This document shows positions 1 through 12,820 of a DNA stretch of 64,000 nucleotides, piece by piece. The stretch covers positions 116,684,001 through 116,748,000 of the forward strand of contig OX597820.1 in assembly GCA_951406725.2 (NCBI GenBank), in the 5' to 3' direction. The position numbers were made by a program, and so were the translations under genes. The notes under the pieces were generated by a model. That model worked only from the letters and a program-made list of their open reading frames with translations. It searched no databases and had not been told where the DNA came from. Within the stretch, counting starts at the first letter, position 1, and every line of letters begins with the position of its first letter. The DNA comes from Octopus vulgaris. Taxonomy: Eukaryota.

Positions 1-60
1 CGACTAAAGGCGGTGCTCCAGCATGGCCGTAGTCAAATGACTGAAACATGTAAAAGAGTA
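1..60 (+). mobile_element. Family A tRNA-SINE (OK-like), 3' tail cut by window start
   Basis: CGACTAAAGGCGGTGCTCCAGCATGGCCG..GACTGAAAC..TAAAAGAG matches the tail of the full copies elsewhere in the window. Confidence 0.85.
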
Positions 61-994
61 TACATACACATCAATATATACACAGACACATATACGTGCA
101 TATATGCATACATACATATATACACACACACAAACATGTAAACGTGTGTGTGTGTGTGTGTGATCATTTTAGCCCCTATTTTTGCATGCTTGCATGGGTC
201 AGGTGAAATTTATTGAGATGAATTTTTCTATACCCGGATACCCTTCCTGTCATCAACCTGTACGTTTCCAGGTGAATATTCTTTCCATGACCAGACATGT
301 TTCCAGAGAAAATTAGAACAAAAAGACACCACTTGCATGATGGTGACACTCACTCACTGTCAAAACCAACACACAACAGGCTTCTTTCAGTTTCCATCTA
401 GCAAATTCACTCACAAGGCTTTGGTCAGCCTGGAACTGTAGTAGAAGGCATTTGCCCAAGGAGCCATATAGTGGGACTGAACCTGGAAGCTTGTAGTTGA
501 GAAACAAATTTCTAACCACACAGCCACACCTGTGCCAATATATTTACAAACCTCTAACTGAGCTTTGATTGCATTAATCTTACCTGTTCCTGAGTCATAC
601 TTCCTACCTTTACTTCCTGACTAAGTTCATTACAAGAGAAATCTAAATATAAAGAAAAAAAAATCATTTTCCTGACCACTGTCCGTGAAATGATCAATCA
701 GATGTGTATCACATGTTTGAACATATCTTTTTAAATATCTATGGCAATAAATCTTATTTCAATATCTAAATCTCTAGTCTCGTTTATTTTAAACATTTGC
801 GTTGTTACCTGTCAACAGGGGTTGGATCAGTCTACAACACCACAGGTCACCACTTTACATTAATCTTGTCACTGCCCTCCTCACTGTGGCCTGACATTTT
901 AAGATCTTTGAATATCAGTCTTTGTAGTACTCGTACTTAATGCTGATAGAGTTTGGACTTTTCTATCGATCAACCATGTGAGTTACTGTTTCAA

Positions 995-1654
995 CCCTTT
1001 AGCATTAAAACTGGCTGCATATGGCCCATAATATACCATTTATTTTGCCTTCAAATTTACTAGATTCCCCCTCTTACACCTATCTTACTATGGTCATTCT
1101 ATAAGCAATCCTTTCATTGAAGTCTTGAAGCTATGGGATAATACATGATTCTTCTCTCTTGGCAATCCCTCAAGGTCGAGGATGATGGTCTCCGTGCAAA
1201 TTTACTGGTGAGTCCGTAGGTGACCGATAAGACCAATTCTTGCTTGAAAAGATCGGTTGCAGTGCAGACATCTAGTGCCGGAAGGGAGAGTCGCACGTGG
1301 TTGTTGTTGGCGCTCCTTCCGTCGTCGTCTTTTCTCCTCCAGCTCTGCAGACCTTTTCGACTCGAAAGTCGCCGTTCCCTCATGGATGGTGGTTTTCCAG
1401 AGTGGTCTGTTTTTTGCCGTTTCCTCCCAGTTAGTAAAGTCGATGTCACACTTTTTGAGGTTCGTTTTCAGGGAGTCCTTGTAGCGTTTCTTCTGGCCTC
1501 CTTAACATCAGCTGGGAAGACAGAAGAACAAACGTCAGCGTGCTACAAGAAGCAAAAATGACCAGCATCACGGCCATGTGGTTAGAATACATGATTAATT
1601 ACAATGTGAATAGACAAGCATAACACTTGACACAGCAATCTGAAAGCTAAAGGG
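995..1654. mobile_element. piggyBac-type MITE interrupted by an RTE insertion
   Basis: Termini CCCTTTAGC..GCTAAAGGG, degenerate TTAA flanks (TCAA/TTCA); body matches 4375-4583 in the opposite orientation. Confidence 0.7.
1151..1585 (-). mobile_element. 5'-truncated RTE-clade LINE with inverted 5' segment
   Basis: Minus 1501-1202 reads open: GGQKKRYKDSLKTNLKKCDIDFTNWEETAKNRPLWK..RCLHCNRSFQARIGLIGHLRTHQ* (RTE C-terminus with C2H2 finger). Plus 1501-1585 reads LNISWEDRRTNVSVLQEAKMTSITAM. 11-bp TSD AATACATGATT at 1140-1150 and 1586-1596. Confidence 0.9.
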
Positions 1655-3773
1655 TTCAAATCTGTTTAGCCAGACGACTGTGCTAAACCCCAATGTCCAC
1701 ATTGGTGTGGTTTCTATGGCTGGATGCTTTTCCTTATGCTAACCCCTTTACAGAATTATGCTGGGTGCTTTTTTTATGTGGCACCAGCACCAGTGAGGTT
1801 ACCAAGTAACTTGGAAGACAAGATTTCTGAGTGAAAATGTAGTATTCAGGGAAATAGGTTTACACTAGGAATTATTCTTGCCCATTCTTGCAAATATTTT
1901 TATGTAAAAGAAACAGTCTCAATCACTCACTCACTCACACACACACACCTCATTAACATAACAAGCCTCAGTGTTAGCCAAGATGTCAAAATCATTAAAA
2001 CTGAAATAAAGATACCATTATGACCAACACTTTTGAATTTATTCCTTTATGTGTTCCTGCGCAAAAGATGTGGCCATGCTGGGGTACCGCAATGAATACT
2101 TATTCGAAAAATAAGCATTAAAAACAAAAAACTAGAAATGGTGAAGTATAGACCAATTTTGAACTAAAATTTGCTCTATTCAGAAATTGCTTTGTTCCAT
2201 CAATAGAAAGTACAGAACACTGCATCAGAAATGGTTATTAATCACAAGGCAGGTTAGGATACCATTTGTCTTGACAAAAACAGTCGGAGTGTGTTATGTA
2301 TATTTATCAACAAGCCATAGAATGTCTATGAATGGTTCAAACAATTTACATGGCAGAAATTCTTTCACCAGCTCCACACAATAAAATGATGTCTGTTCTA
2401 ACATCATTGCCACCACTAGCACTGCTATGGGAGACATGAAGTGACATGTTCTATGGCTATATATATATATATATATATATATATAGCCATATACATGTCA
2501 CAAGTTGCTGTTATTTAAATGGCAGCTGACGCAAAACAGGTCGAGGTGGGGAGAGAGAAGAAAACTGAACTATCAAGAAATCAAGAAGAGAATTACTCAA
2601 AAACACAAAATTACACACACACACACACACACACACAGAGTGTAATCAAAAGAATAGGTAACAATAGATTCCAGCAGATTGTTTTTGATGACATATATTC
2701 TATAGGTTTGTGCTGTAGAAGATGGGACAGAAAAGCTTGCACAGTCAATGCAGCTATCTGTACTCTGGGTTTGAATAATCCCAAAATCAACCTCGTCTTT
2801 GAGAAAGTACCAGTGTGTGGCAGTGGATTATTGAAATCCTTAGAGCATTGGATATAATACATCTTGCACTAACTGCTTCAACATTTTGTATCTTGAGTTC
2901 AAATTCCACCCATAACACACGGAGAGAAATTACTGAGGTGGACCATAAAAGGTAGCAGCACCTTACACAGGCCACCTAACTTCTCAATACAGTTGGGTCA
3001 TTCATGAAAGGGGCTTTAAAGACCAAGGCATTTGGCAGCAGGAACATGAACAATAGACTACCAATTCTGTGGTTTCATCACAGATTACAAGACACTTGGT
3101 AACTGTCCCTGATGGAGTGAGGCCCTGGCAACATAAACTCTGCAAAATATCAGGAGTTTGTAAAGCAATGACTGCACAGGCTTGTTATGTACGAAAATGT
3201 GTGATTCTTTCAGCTTTCATCTATTTCAGTCATTGGCACCTCCTTAAAGGGCTTAGTGAAACAAACTGACCCCAGTATTCATTTTTTAAATCTGACTCTT
3301 ATCAGACTCTTTTAGCCAAACTGCTCGGTCATAGAGACATAAACAAACCAACACCAATTATCAAATTGTGGTGATGGGGCAAACAAACACAAACACACAC
3401 ACCACATATATTTCTCACACTAGAACACATCTGGTTAAGACAGTTAACACCTACTTGGAATATCTTACACATTCTAGTTGAAAATAATAAATAAATTTGT
3501 TTGTATTCTTAGACCCAACAGCAGCTCAAAGAATGCACGGGGAGAAGTGAAACAAGACAACTATGTACTAGCCTTCAAATATACTGCCCTACTACTACTA
3601 CTACTACTACTAATAATAATAATAATAATAATTCATTCTTCTATTGGCCACAAGGGCTGACAAAAATCAATTATCACATAAAGGGACAAAACAGGACGAA
3701 AGGTTACAAAGGGTTTTGTCCGTTTGTGAACAAGTAAAAACGGTTTAACAATAATAATGCAATACCAGGCAAT

Positions 3774-4247
3774 GGCTACAGCAAATATTCTGCTCAATAC
3801 CACAGATTTGCTTGTCAGTTGTTTGACCTTAACCAGTTGAGCATGTCCCTTAGTGGTTGACGATATGTGCATCTCTGATCATGAGCGGGAGTAGTAGGGG
3901 AGCATGATAGCCGTTTGTTGAGAGGAAGTCTTTGGGGTTTGGATAATTCACCTTTAGAAATATGGGTGTTTCCTTCAACATCCTTAAACAATCGTTATTC
4001 AGGGACCTTTTGATTGGGATGGGCTACTCGACCTGAAGAAAATTCTAACTGGGCCCCCACCTGCATGGTCATGTGCTGTTTATCTTGATATGAGATCACC
4101 ATGTCGCGCACAAATGGTTGTGATGCATGTGCCTAGTGTACCCTCACCAGACGAGTAGTCATGATGGATATACTGAGCTTCGTATATATTACCCCAGTGT
4201 TACTTTGATGGCATGCACTGCTCTCTCACTAAATAATAATAATAATA
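3774..4247 (+). mobile_element. Family E short retroposon or LINE 3' end with (TAA)n tail
   Basis: Aligns along its length with 62711-63190; ends CTGCTCTCTCACT then (AAT)n. Confidence 0.75.
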
Positions 4248-4374
4248 AAATGAATATGATTAAAAATAATTTCTTCTAACATAGGCACAAGGTGTCTGAA
4301 TTGAAGGGAATAGAATAGTCAATCACATCGATTCCAGCAGGACAACAAGCAAAGATGACCTCAGCCACATTTAA

Positions 4375-4583
4375 CCCTTTAGCTTTCAGATTTCTCTGTC
4401 TAATGTAATACTTATTTATTCACATTGTTTTCAGTTTACTTGTAGCTTTGAGATTTCAATGACATGATGGTTTACTTTTAAAATGACATTGTAGGCTATG
4501 CGTGAGAGGCTGGATCTGGTAAATTTGAACATAAAACAAGTAGAATATTTGGGCAGGATATGGCCGGTCTGGAAGCTAAGGGG
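4375..4583. mobile_element. piggyBac-type MITE
   Basis: TTAA|CCCTTTAGC..GCTAAGGGG|TTAA: short TIRs with intact TTAA duplication. Confidence 0.85.
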
Positions 4584-4661
4584 TTAAACTCTGGACATAA
4601 AACTCAAGAGATACTGCAAAAAGCATTTTGTCCAACACTCCAAAGATTATTTCAATCCTCA

Positions 4662-4997
4662 ACATCATCATCATTTAACATCCATTGTTCATGCTGGAAT
4701 GGGTTGGATGGCTGGCAAGCCAGAAGGCTGCACCAAGCTCCAATCTGATTTGACCTGGTTTCTATGGCTGGATACCCTTCCTAACAGCAACCACTCTAAG
4801 AGTGAAATGGGTGCTTTTATGTGCCACCAGCACAAGTGCCATTTGCATGACACCAGTATCTGCCATGACTGCAATTTTGCTCAGCTTGATGGGTCTTCTT
4901 CTCAAGCACAACATAATGCCAAAGGTCTTGGTCATTGCCTCTGTGAGGCCCAATGCTTGAAAGGAACTCAACCACTATGCGTCAATGAGGCCCAACC
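4662..4997 (-). mobile_element. Family C RTE-related short retroposon, diverged
   Basis: (CAT)n tail, CTGGATACCCTTCCTAAC motif and TTTTATGTGCCACCAGCAC unit shared with other C copies. Confidence 0.75.
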
Positions 4998-5019
4998 ATA
5001 ACATTAATAATTCATTAAT

Positions 5020-5383
5020 TTTAGCACAAGGCCTGCAGTATTAGGGGAGTAGGTAAGTCAATTACATCAACCCCAGTGCATAGCTGGTACTCATTTTATC
5101 AACTTAGGAAAGGATTAAAGGTAAAAGTTGGCTTCAGCGGAATTTGAATGCAAAGCTGCAAAGTATTTCATCCAGTCTGCTAATGATTCCAGCAGCTCGC
5201 CCTTTCTACTATAGGCACAAAGCCCGAAATTTTGGAGGTCAGGTAGTGAATACACAACTGGTATTTATTTAAACAAACCCCAGAAGAATGGAAGGCAAAG
5301 TTTACCTTAGCCGAATTTGAACTTGGTACATATGAAATGCCATTAAACATTTTCCCCAGTATGTTACCAATTTTGCCAGCTCT
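5020..5383 (-). mobile_element. Two tandem, diverged family B SINEs
   Basis: Two successive GCACAA..GGTA..AAAG..GAATTTGAA..CCAGC..CT units, junction near 5203. Confidence 0.7.
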
Positions 5384-5599
5384 AACAGCTGTAATTTAAT
5401 AATACCAACAGAAAGGGACAAATCAGTAGAATAAGAGGCAGAGTCAAGTACACGGACTTTTCTCTGTATCCTTTTAATATCTTACTGACTACAAAAGAAT
5501 GCAAGGCAAAACCAAACCCACAGGAAATTTGGACAGGGAATGTAGAGGTACAAAACCTCTACCATTCCTCAAACCCTTATCTCCCATGTAATATAATTT

Positions 5600-7065
5600 G
5601 GAAGTTGATCTGTTTGTGATACCACATAGTTTATAATAACATTTTGTAGAGAAGATCTGCTTGGAGAATTTGAATCACGTGTAAACAAGTCAGCTTTAAA
5701 ATGGGAAAAACTGATAGATGAACAGATGGATCCCCCAGGTCTTACTGGAAGAAAAAATATACAAAAATATAGAACTAGTGAAAAGAATCTAAGATAAGGT
5801 TAATAAATTAAATGCCCAACAGATTGCTCCCTCCCCCTTCCATCATACATCAAGAATCCCTATGCAGAGAAATTTTAAAGCTTAATGATGTAGCAGGCAC
5901 AGTTATAAACATTGCGAATTATATTAGAAAATATGGCTTAAACCAAAAGCAGTTTTTGAATTTTTTTAGAAATACAGCCAGCAGAATATGTGGATGTTTC
6001 ATAGCACGTGCACACACATACACATACACACACACATGCTGGTTAAGTCTAGGGAGAGAAATTTTCAAGAGAGTATGGAATTTGAGAAGTGAAATTATAA
6101 ACTTTTTTTTTAGAAATGAAAGAAAAATTATGACTTCCTGAAACTTTGTGATAAAAATTAAAATATCAGATTTTTGTATTTGCCGTAGATTTACTGATGA
6201 ACTGGAATGGACTTAATAGAAACTTGCAAGGGAAACGAAGCTTCCCTCATCACTTACAAACAAATGGGAAAGAAGGCAACTTAAGCATTTGAAAACTTTA
6301 CAGCAAGTTTTCACTCGAGATGAAAAGCTAAAAAATTATTACAATTCAAAGCTAAGAGATTTTTGTGCCAACTTTCGCAGTAAATTCAATGATTTCAAAC
6401 TTATAGAAAGCAAACTATCATCTGTATTTACATCTATTGTTGCTGGAGATTTAGACAAACATCAACTTCAGCTTCAAAGAATCATTTTAAGCTAGTTTGG
6501 GTCTTGAAATTTTATGCTTCTCTCAGCGATGAGAAATTTCCAAACTTTCAGAATTGTACTAAGAAATATTTTGTTTCCTTTGGTTCAACTTATATTTGTG
6601 ATTTAACATTTTCAAATCAAAATCACTGATGTGGTTAATGACAGTACCGCCTGATTGGCACTCATTAACAGCACATCCGAGCGTAATCATTGCCAGAGCC
6701 ACGGATTGGCTCCCAAGCCGGTGGCATGTAAAAAGAATCATTCAAGCATGATCGTTGTCAGCATCACCTTATCAGCACATGTACCAGTGGCATGTGCAGG
6801 TAGCATGGCCATTGCCAGAACCGCCTGACTGGCCCTCATGCTGGTGGTACGTAAAAGCACCCACTACACTCTCGGAGTGGTTGGCGTTAGGAAGGGCATC
6901 CAGCTGTAGAAACTTTGCCAGATCAGACTGAGTCGATTGCAGCCTTCAGACAAACCGTCCAACCCATGCTAGTATGGAAAGCGGACGTTAAACATCAATG
7001 ATGAAGATGAAAGATGAAGTACAATAAGTCACAACTAAGAAGTGCTGATGACCGATGAGCAGACA
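5600..7065 (+). pseudogene. Degraded hAT (Buster/SPIN, GTF2IRD2-like) transposase
   Basis: Frame-shifted motifs in canonical order: LKWEKL..TDGSP, IIHQESLC..VINIANYIRKYGLNQKQF, WLSLG..KRVWNLRSEI, FAVDLL..LNRNLQGK, FGSTYICDLTFS, then MKYNKSQLRS..TDEQ after the insertion. Confidence 0.8.
6620..7010 (+). mobile_element. Family C element inserted in the hAT relic
   Basis: Several GGTGGCA(C/T)GTAAAA units, GGTTGGCGTTAGGAAGGGCATCCAGCTGTAGAAAC, GGACGTTAAAC..GATGA tail. Confidence 0.8.
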
Positions 7066-7184
7066 AAGGGCTTGGAGTTCAGTGCCATTTGCATGTTACC
7101 ATTTCAGGTCACTGTAAGTCCACAGAAACGGGTGTATTCATCCCAAAAGTCATTCAGCCACACCACAGATATATAACCGTTAGT

Positions 7185-7540
7185 ATTCTTTTATTGGTTT
7201 CAATTATTAGACTGTGGCCATGCTGCAGCACTGCCTTGAAGAATTCTTAGATGAACGAATCAAACCCAGTACTTATTTTTTTTAAGCCTGTTACCTAATC
7301 CATCAATATCTTTTGCCAGACTGCTAAGTTACATGTACATAAACACACCAACATCAGTCGTCAAGCAGTGGGGGGGGGGAGGTCAAACACACACACACAC
7401 ACACAGAGAGAGGCTTATTTCAGTTTCCATCTCCCAAATTCATTCACAAGGCTTTGGTGGGCTGAAGGCTATAGTAGAACGCAGTGGGACTGAACCCAGA
7501 AACATTTGCTTTGGAGGCAAACTTCTTACCACGCAACCAA
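7185..7540 (-). mobile_element. Family A SINE, diverged
   Basis: Tail GACTGTGGCCATGCTG through head GTGGGACTGAACCC..CTTACCAC. Confidence 0.75.
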
Positions 7541-7780
7541 TAAACTTTTCACTGGGTTTCTGTCTCACAGGCAGCTGCCAACTTTTTTCTATCCAAAGAG
7601 GTTTTTAACCCAATATCTACAGACTACTATTTATAGGTTTATCTGCTTTGCGATCAACAGTTAAAAAGGAATTATTTTATTAGAATTTTAATGCTTTCAT
7701 ATTGAATGCATTTATGAACAATACAGGAATAGGATAACTTTTATAACCTCAATTACAGAAAAAAAAAATTTAACCAGTAA

Positions 7781-7956
7781 GAGTGGCTGTGTGGTAAGTA
7801 GCTTGCTTACGAACCACATGGTTCTGAGTTCAGTCCCACTGCATGGCACCATGGGCAAGTGTCTTCTACTATAGCCTTAGGCCGACCAAAGCCTTGTGAG
7901 TGGATTTGATACATGAAAACTGAAAGAAGCCCGTTGTATATATGTATGTATGTATC

Positions 7957-7991
<35 letters not shown>

Positions 7992-8180
7992 ATATGTTTG
8001 TGTCTGTGTTTGTCCCCCCAACATCGCTTGACAACCGATGCTTAGTGTAATTTAGCGGTTCGGCGTAAGAGACCGATAGAATAAGTACTAGGCTTACAAA
8101 GAATAAGTCCTGGAGTCGATTTATCGACTAAAGGTGATGCTCCAGCATGGCCACAGTAAAATGACTGAAACACGTAAAAG
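7781..8180 (+). mobile_element. Family A tRNA-SINE (OK-like), near full length
   Basis: A-box TGGCTGTGTGG, B-box-like GAGTTCAGTCCC, internal (TA)n(TG)n; 14-bp TSD AATTTAACCAGTAA at 7767-7780 and 8181-8194. Confidence 0.92.
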
Positions 8181-8305
8181 AATTTAACCAGTAAAACAGT
8201 TAGGCGTATACATCAAGTGTGAATGTATGTTTATTCATATATTATGTGTTTTATTTGGGAAATTATTTTCTGCAGTTTATTTACTTGCATAACCTTTAGT
8301 ATTAA

Positions 8306-8980
8306 CAGGCACAGGTGCAGCCATGACTGAGTGGTTAAGAAGCTAGCTTTGCATCAACAGGTTTCACAAGGTTCTGAGTTCAGTCCCACTGTATAGCGCC
8401 TCAGGCTGACCAATGCCTTGTGAGTTCGGCTGATGGAAACAGTGTGGAAGCCCAATATATAAATTTATATAAATAAGGATAAGATCGATATTTAAATACC
8501 AATCTTATCAGGTGGCCAGCATGAGAATAAAAACCTTTCAAAGGTAATAATTATTTAAAATTATAATTTAGGGTATCTAAGAGATACCACCATACTTGAA
8601 ATAGCAGTCAAAACTTGACTCTAAAACCAATAATTTATCCAGTAATTTTTTTCTAATTTATTTTGTCTCTTTGTCTTCTCTACTGGTGCTGTATGAACAT
8701 TTAATGTGGTTTTAGAGTCAAGTTTTGGTTGCTATTTCAAGCATGGTATATCTCTTAGATACCCTAAATTATAATTTATATATATATATATATATATGTA
8801 TGAGAGTGTGCGTCTGTGTTTATCCCCTCCACCATTTGTGAACCAGTGTTGGTTTGTGTATATCCCCATAACTTAGCAGTTTAGCAAAAGTCACAGCATA
8901 AGTACCAAGGTCAATTTGTTTAGCTAAATCCTTCAAGGCAATGCCCCAGCATGACCACATTCTAATAACTCAAACACAAA
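8306..8980 (+). mobile_element. Diverged family A SINE with an insertion in its TA tract
   Basis: Head at 8306-8455 and tail at 8800-8980 separated by about 320 bp of non-SINE DNA. Confidence 0.75.
8558..8777. repeat. About 71-bp inverted repeat with 77-bp spacer, possibly a Penelope-like remnant
   Basis: 8558-8629 AAATTATAATTTAGGGTATCTAAGAGA..CTCTAAAACCA is the reverse complement of 8707-8777 with few mismatches. Confidence 0.8.
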
Positions 8981-9072
8981 GGTGATGGGAGGAGGCACGC
9001 TTATTTGGGAAATCCTTTTCTGAATTCTCTTTAACATTAAACATAAGTATAAAAATTTTAATAGATAAAAAA

Positions 9073-9306
9073 TATTTCTTTATTGCCCACAAGGGGCTAA
9101 ACATGGAGGGGACAAACAAGGACAGACAAAGAGATTAAGTCGATTACATTGACCCCAGTATGTGACTGGTATTTATTTAATCAACCCCCAAAAGAATGAA
9201 AGGCAAAGTCAACCTTGGTGGAATTTGAACTCAGAATGTAACGAAAGATGAAATACCGCAAAGCATTTTGCCCAGCATGGTAACAATTCTGCCAGATCAC
9301 TGCCTT
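9073..9306 (-). mobile_element. Family B tRNA-SINE, tail type B1
   Basis: Minus: GGCAGAATTGTTA..GAGTTCAAATTCC..CTTTGCCTTTCATTC..TTTAGCCCCTTGTGGGCAATAAAGAAATA. Confidence 0.85.
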
Positions 9307-9438
9307 ATTGATACAAAATATCACCAGGAATATCTTGTAATAAAATTTGGTTATATATAAATCCACGGCAACAGGAGAGATTTCCCAAAAGTTCCAACAA
9401 GATCCACTGACAAAAATCATTTCTCACTCTTGCTCTAT

Positions 9439-9821
9439 GGATGGAAGCACTCTGTCGGTTACGACGACGAGGGTTCCGGTTGATCCGAATCAACGGAACA
9501 GTCTGCTCATGAAATTAACGTGTAAGTGGCTGAGCACTCCACAGACACATGCACCCTTAACGTAGTTCTCGGGGATATTCAGCGTGACACAGAGAGTGAC
9601 AAGGCCGGCCCTTTGAAATACAGGTACAACAGAAACAGGAAGTAAGAGTGAGAGAAAGTTGTGGTGAAAGAGTACAGCAGGGATCACCACCATCCCATGC
9701 CGGAGCCTCGTGGAGCTTTAGGTGCTTTTGCTCAATAAACACTCACAACGCCCGGTCTGGGAATTGAAACAGATCCTACGACCGCGAGTCCGCTGCCCTA
9801 ACCACTGGGCCATTGCGCCTC
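9439..9821 (-). mobile_element. tRNA-Arg-like SINE, long form (OR-family-like)
   Basis: Head GGCGCAATGGCCCAGTGGTTAGGGCAGCGGACTCGCGGTCG; 14-bp TSD CACTCTTGCTCTAT at 9425-9438 and 9822-9835. Confidence 0.9.
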
Positions 9822-10117
9822 CACTCTTGCTCTATACAGTTGTAACATCTCTACTGCAAATAACCACCAAATCACTCAAACGACACCCAACAATCTTGAA
9901 TAAAAGATACAATGGACCCTATAATCCCAGATGTAGAGACAAGCTGGATAAAGCTAAACAACAACAACCTGTTTCCCACTGATTGAATCCTATTTAAGCG
10001 GCACCTTTGTTTGGATCATTCCGTAACCCTGGTTAGAGGGGTGGATTGACATTAGCTAAAACCTTACTGCATTCATTCCTGCCCTTTATTTTCATTAGAG
10101 TTCAAATACTACCGATC

Positions 10118-10535
10118 AGGTCTGGAGAATTCACTGTAACATTTTTGCAGGAGGAAAATTCACTGAAATACAAATTCACCCATATGGATAATGACAAAGC
10201 ATATATCAGCATTTGTTTAAAGAATTAAGAAAAAGAATAATAAAAGGTTTTATAAAACGATTAAATAGGCAAGTCTTTATTCAACGTCAAACAGTAAAAT
10301 ATAAAGCTTGACAAAGTCATTTAAAATGTATGAAAATTCCAAGCAATACTGCACAGTGTACTTTTTGCTGTGAATTGTATCAAAGCATTTGTCACTGAAG
10401 TCTTGTATTAGTAATGCTAAGCCTTTCCTTCTTCTCTGCTGCGTCTCTTCAATCTGATATAATACGCTTTATCGGTGACCATATGGCAAATTTTTCTGCA
10501 GCAAAATTTCCTGTGATGAAATTTCCTATTACTGA
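10118..10535 (-). mobile_element. Possible MULE-type deletion derivative
   Basis: Subterminal repeats GAAAATTCAC(T/C) on the left and (G/C)AAATTT(C/T)CT on the right; minus LCSIAWNF resembles the MULE C-terminal motif in 15908-16588. Confidence 0.4.
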
Positions 10536-11498
10536 GGTCAGCTTTGCCTTTTAATTCTTTTGAGGCTTATAAACAAAATACCAGCCAAGTAATGTCGTTG
10601 ACACAACAGATTTTCTTTCCCCAAACAAATATCTGGCCTTTTGCCTTTGCCAGAAATTATTTTGAAAACACCTCTTCTTCAACTGGTAAAGCAGTAGCAC
10701 CCCTGTCTACTCAAGCCAGCTGTGATTTCTCAAAGACCATCGTAGGAGAGCAGTCTATACAATGCTCAAAATATCCTGCAGACATTTCTATCAGCTTATC
10801 CAATTCTCACATAACCTAGCCACCTAATTAATTTATCCCTTGGCTAACAACCAATTTATCTAGGACCCTTTCCAATACTGCATCCGTCAGATAAAAGTAT
10901 AAATCACTTCCTCATCACCTCATCGAATTATTCTCTGGAATATAGAAATGCAAACAAGCCAAAACCATGAAAGAAAAGAAAAAAGGAAAAAAAGAAACCC
11001 AAACAGAAATTGGCTTATTTTGTGCATCTTGATTTTGTTTAATGGTGCGAAACGTTTTACAGCTTTATATCTTTTCCTGTTTCTAGCAATTTTGTTCAAA
11101 ACATGGTATTTCCAATGCTACTGACTATTACAATGGAGAATTTTTATATATTTGTTGACATGCACAGAAGCATGTGCGCCTACATTTGCTTATCCTGGTA
11201 CTTTCAAAGTCACAGGAAATGGTTGTCACCAGTCGACGTAGACACGATTTATAATGCTCAATTCAGAGGGAATGAAAATAATAACGAAATATATGAGAGT
11301 AGGCCAGCAGAATTGGTAGAGATATGGTCCAAAACAAGTCGACTGTGGTATTTAACTCTATAATGTCTGTTGTTAATCATTGTTGACAGTTGAGCTCTTA
11401 TGAGAAGAAAACAACAAAATGAAAGGCTGGGAGAGCTCTCTACATTTGAACAACATTATCATCGCCTGCAAGCAATTATAATCTCATAGTTGTTGAGT

Positions 11499-11711
11499 TA
11501 CTCTTTACTCTTTTACTTGTTTTAGTCATTTGACTGCGGCCATGCTGGAGCACCGCCTTTAGTCGAGCAACTCGACCCCGGGACTTATTCTTTTTGTAAG
11601 CTCAGTACTTATTCTATCGGCCTCTTTTTGCCGAACCGCTAAGTAACGGGGACGTAAACACACCAGCATCGGTTGTCAAGCAATGCTAGGGGAACAAACA
11701 CAGACACACAA

Positions 11712-11746
<35 letters not shown>

Positions 11747-11918
11747 CATATATACGACAGGCTTCTTTCAGTTTCCGTCTACCAAATCCACTCACAAGGC
11801 ATTGGTTGGCCCAAGGCTATAGCAGAAGACACTTGCCCAAGATACCACGCAGTAGGACTGAACCCGGAACCATGTGGTTTGTTAGCAAGCTACTTACCAC
11901 ACAGCCACTCCTGTGCCT
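11499..11918 (-). mobile_element. Family A SINE, full length
   Basis: Complete reverse-complement copy with (CTCTTTTA)n tail. Confidence 0.92.
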
Positions 11919-12820
11919 ATATTGCCATAAAATATATATATATATAAATATGCATATATATCATCATGTAACATCCTGTTTCCATGCTGACAGGATCCAA
12001 TGAATCACAAGCCCCCCCCCCCCCAGTCTCAACTTTGGCATGGTTTCCACAGTTGGGTGCCCTTCCCAATACCAACTACTTTACATTTTGTACTGGGCAT
12101 TTGATCCATATGGCCAGCACTAGTGAGGTCACCAAGTAATTTAGAAGACAAAAAGAAAGGAAAGGGGAAAAAGCCCTCTTGACCGAGTGAGAGTGCATTT
12201 GAGAGAGGGGGGGTGAGATGGTTCTGTGCTAAAGTGTTGAAGGCTGAAGAACGAGCACAGGTGTCTGGCTATAGGTAAGACAACATGGCCATCCAGCTTT
12301 ATTATGTGAGGGTGGGTGAGAGTAGATAGAAGGGAGATAAAGACAGTGATGACAGGGTGTCAGAGCATACTCTCAATGTACAAAAAAAGGTGATTCTAAG
12401 GGAGAATATAGAGTGAAAGAATTTTTTTTTTCTAATACAACCACAAATAAAAACAACTTGGGTAACAAAGGAATTATAATCAAAAGGTAAATATTTTTTA
12501 ACTTGCCACCTGCCCAAGAGATTTTAAGGGCTAGAATACCATTCCACCACAACAAGCCATGTTGTCAGAATAGATTCCAATGTGATTCTATGTCAACTAG
12601 AGAATTGGTAGGGATCTGATAATTAAGAATATCTTTGTTTAACCCAGTCAATAAAAAGAAAAAGGTTAACCCAGATTAGATCTGGGTAAACAATTATCCT
12701 AATAAACTGTGCCCACATTTGTGCCTATTTCAGGTTTTTAAATAGGAAGAATATGTTCCCTTCTTCAAAGGCACCTCAGACAGATGTATCACAGTGTTGT
12801 TAAAGCATTATAAATATGTA

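Noticed and set aside
5812-6141. GTF2IRD2-like ORF as a domesticated host gene
   Set aside because: Multiple frameshifts, stops, a microsatellite and a retroposon insertion mark it as a dead transposase
11683-12003. Recurrent ORFs such as MLGGQTQTHKH..PCGWLASYLPHSHS suggesting a gene family
   Set aside because: They are antisense readings of family A SINEs; the frame depends on microsatellite length
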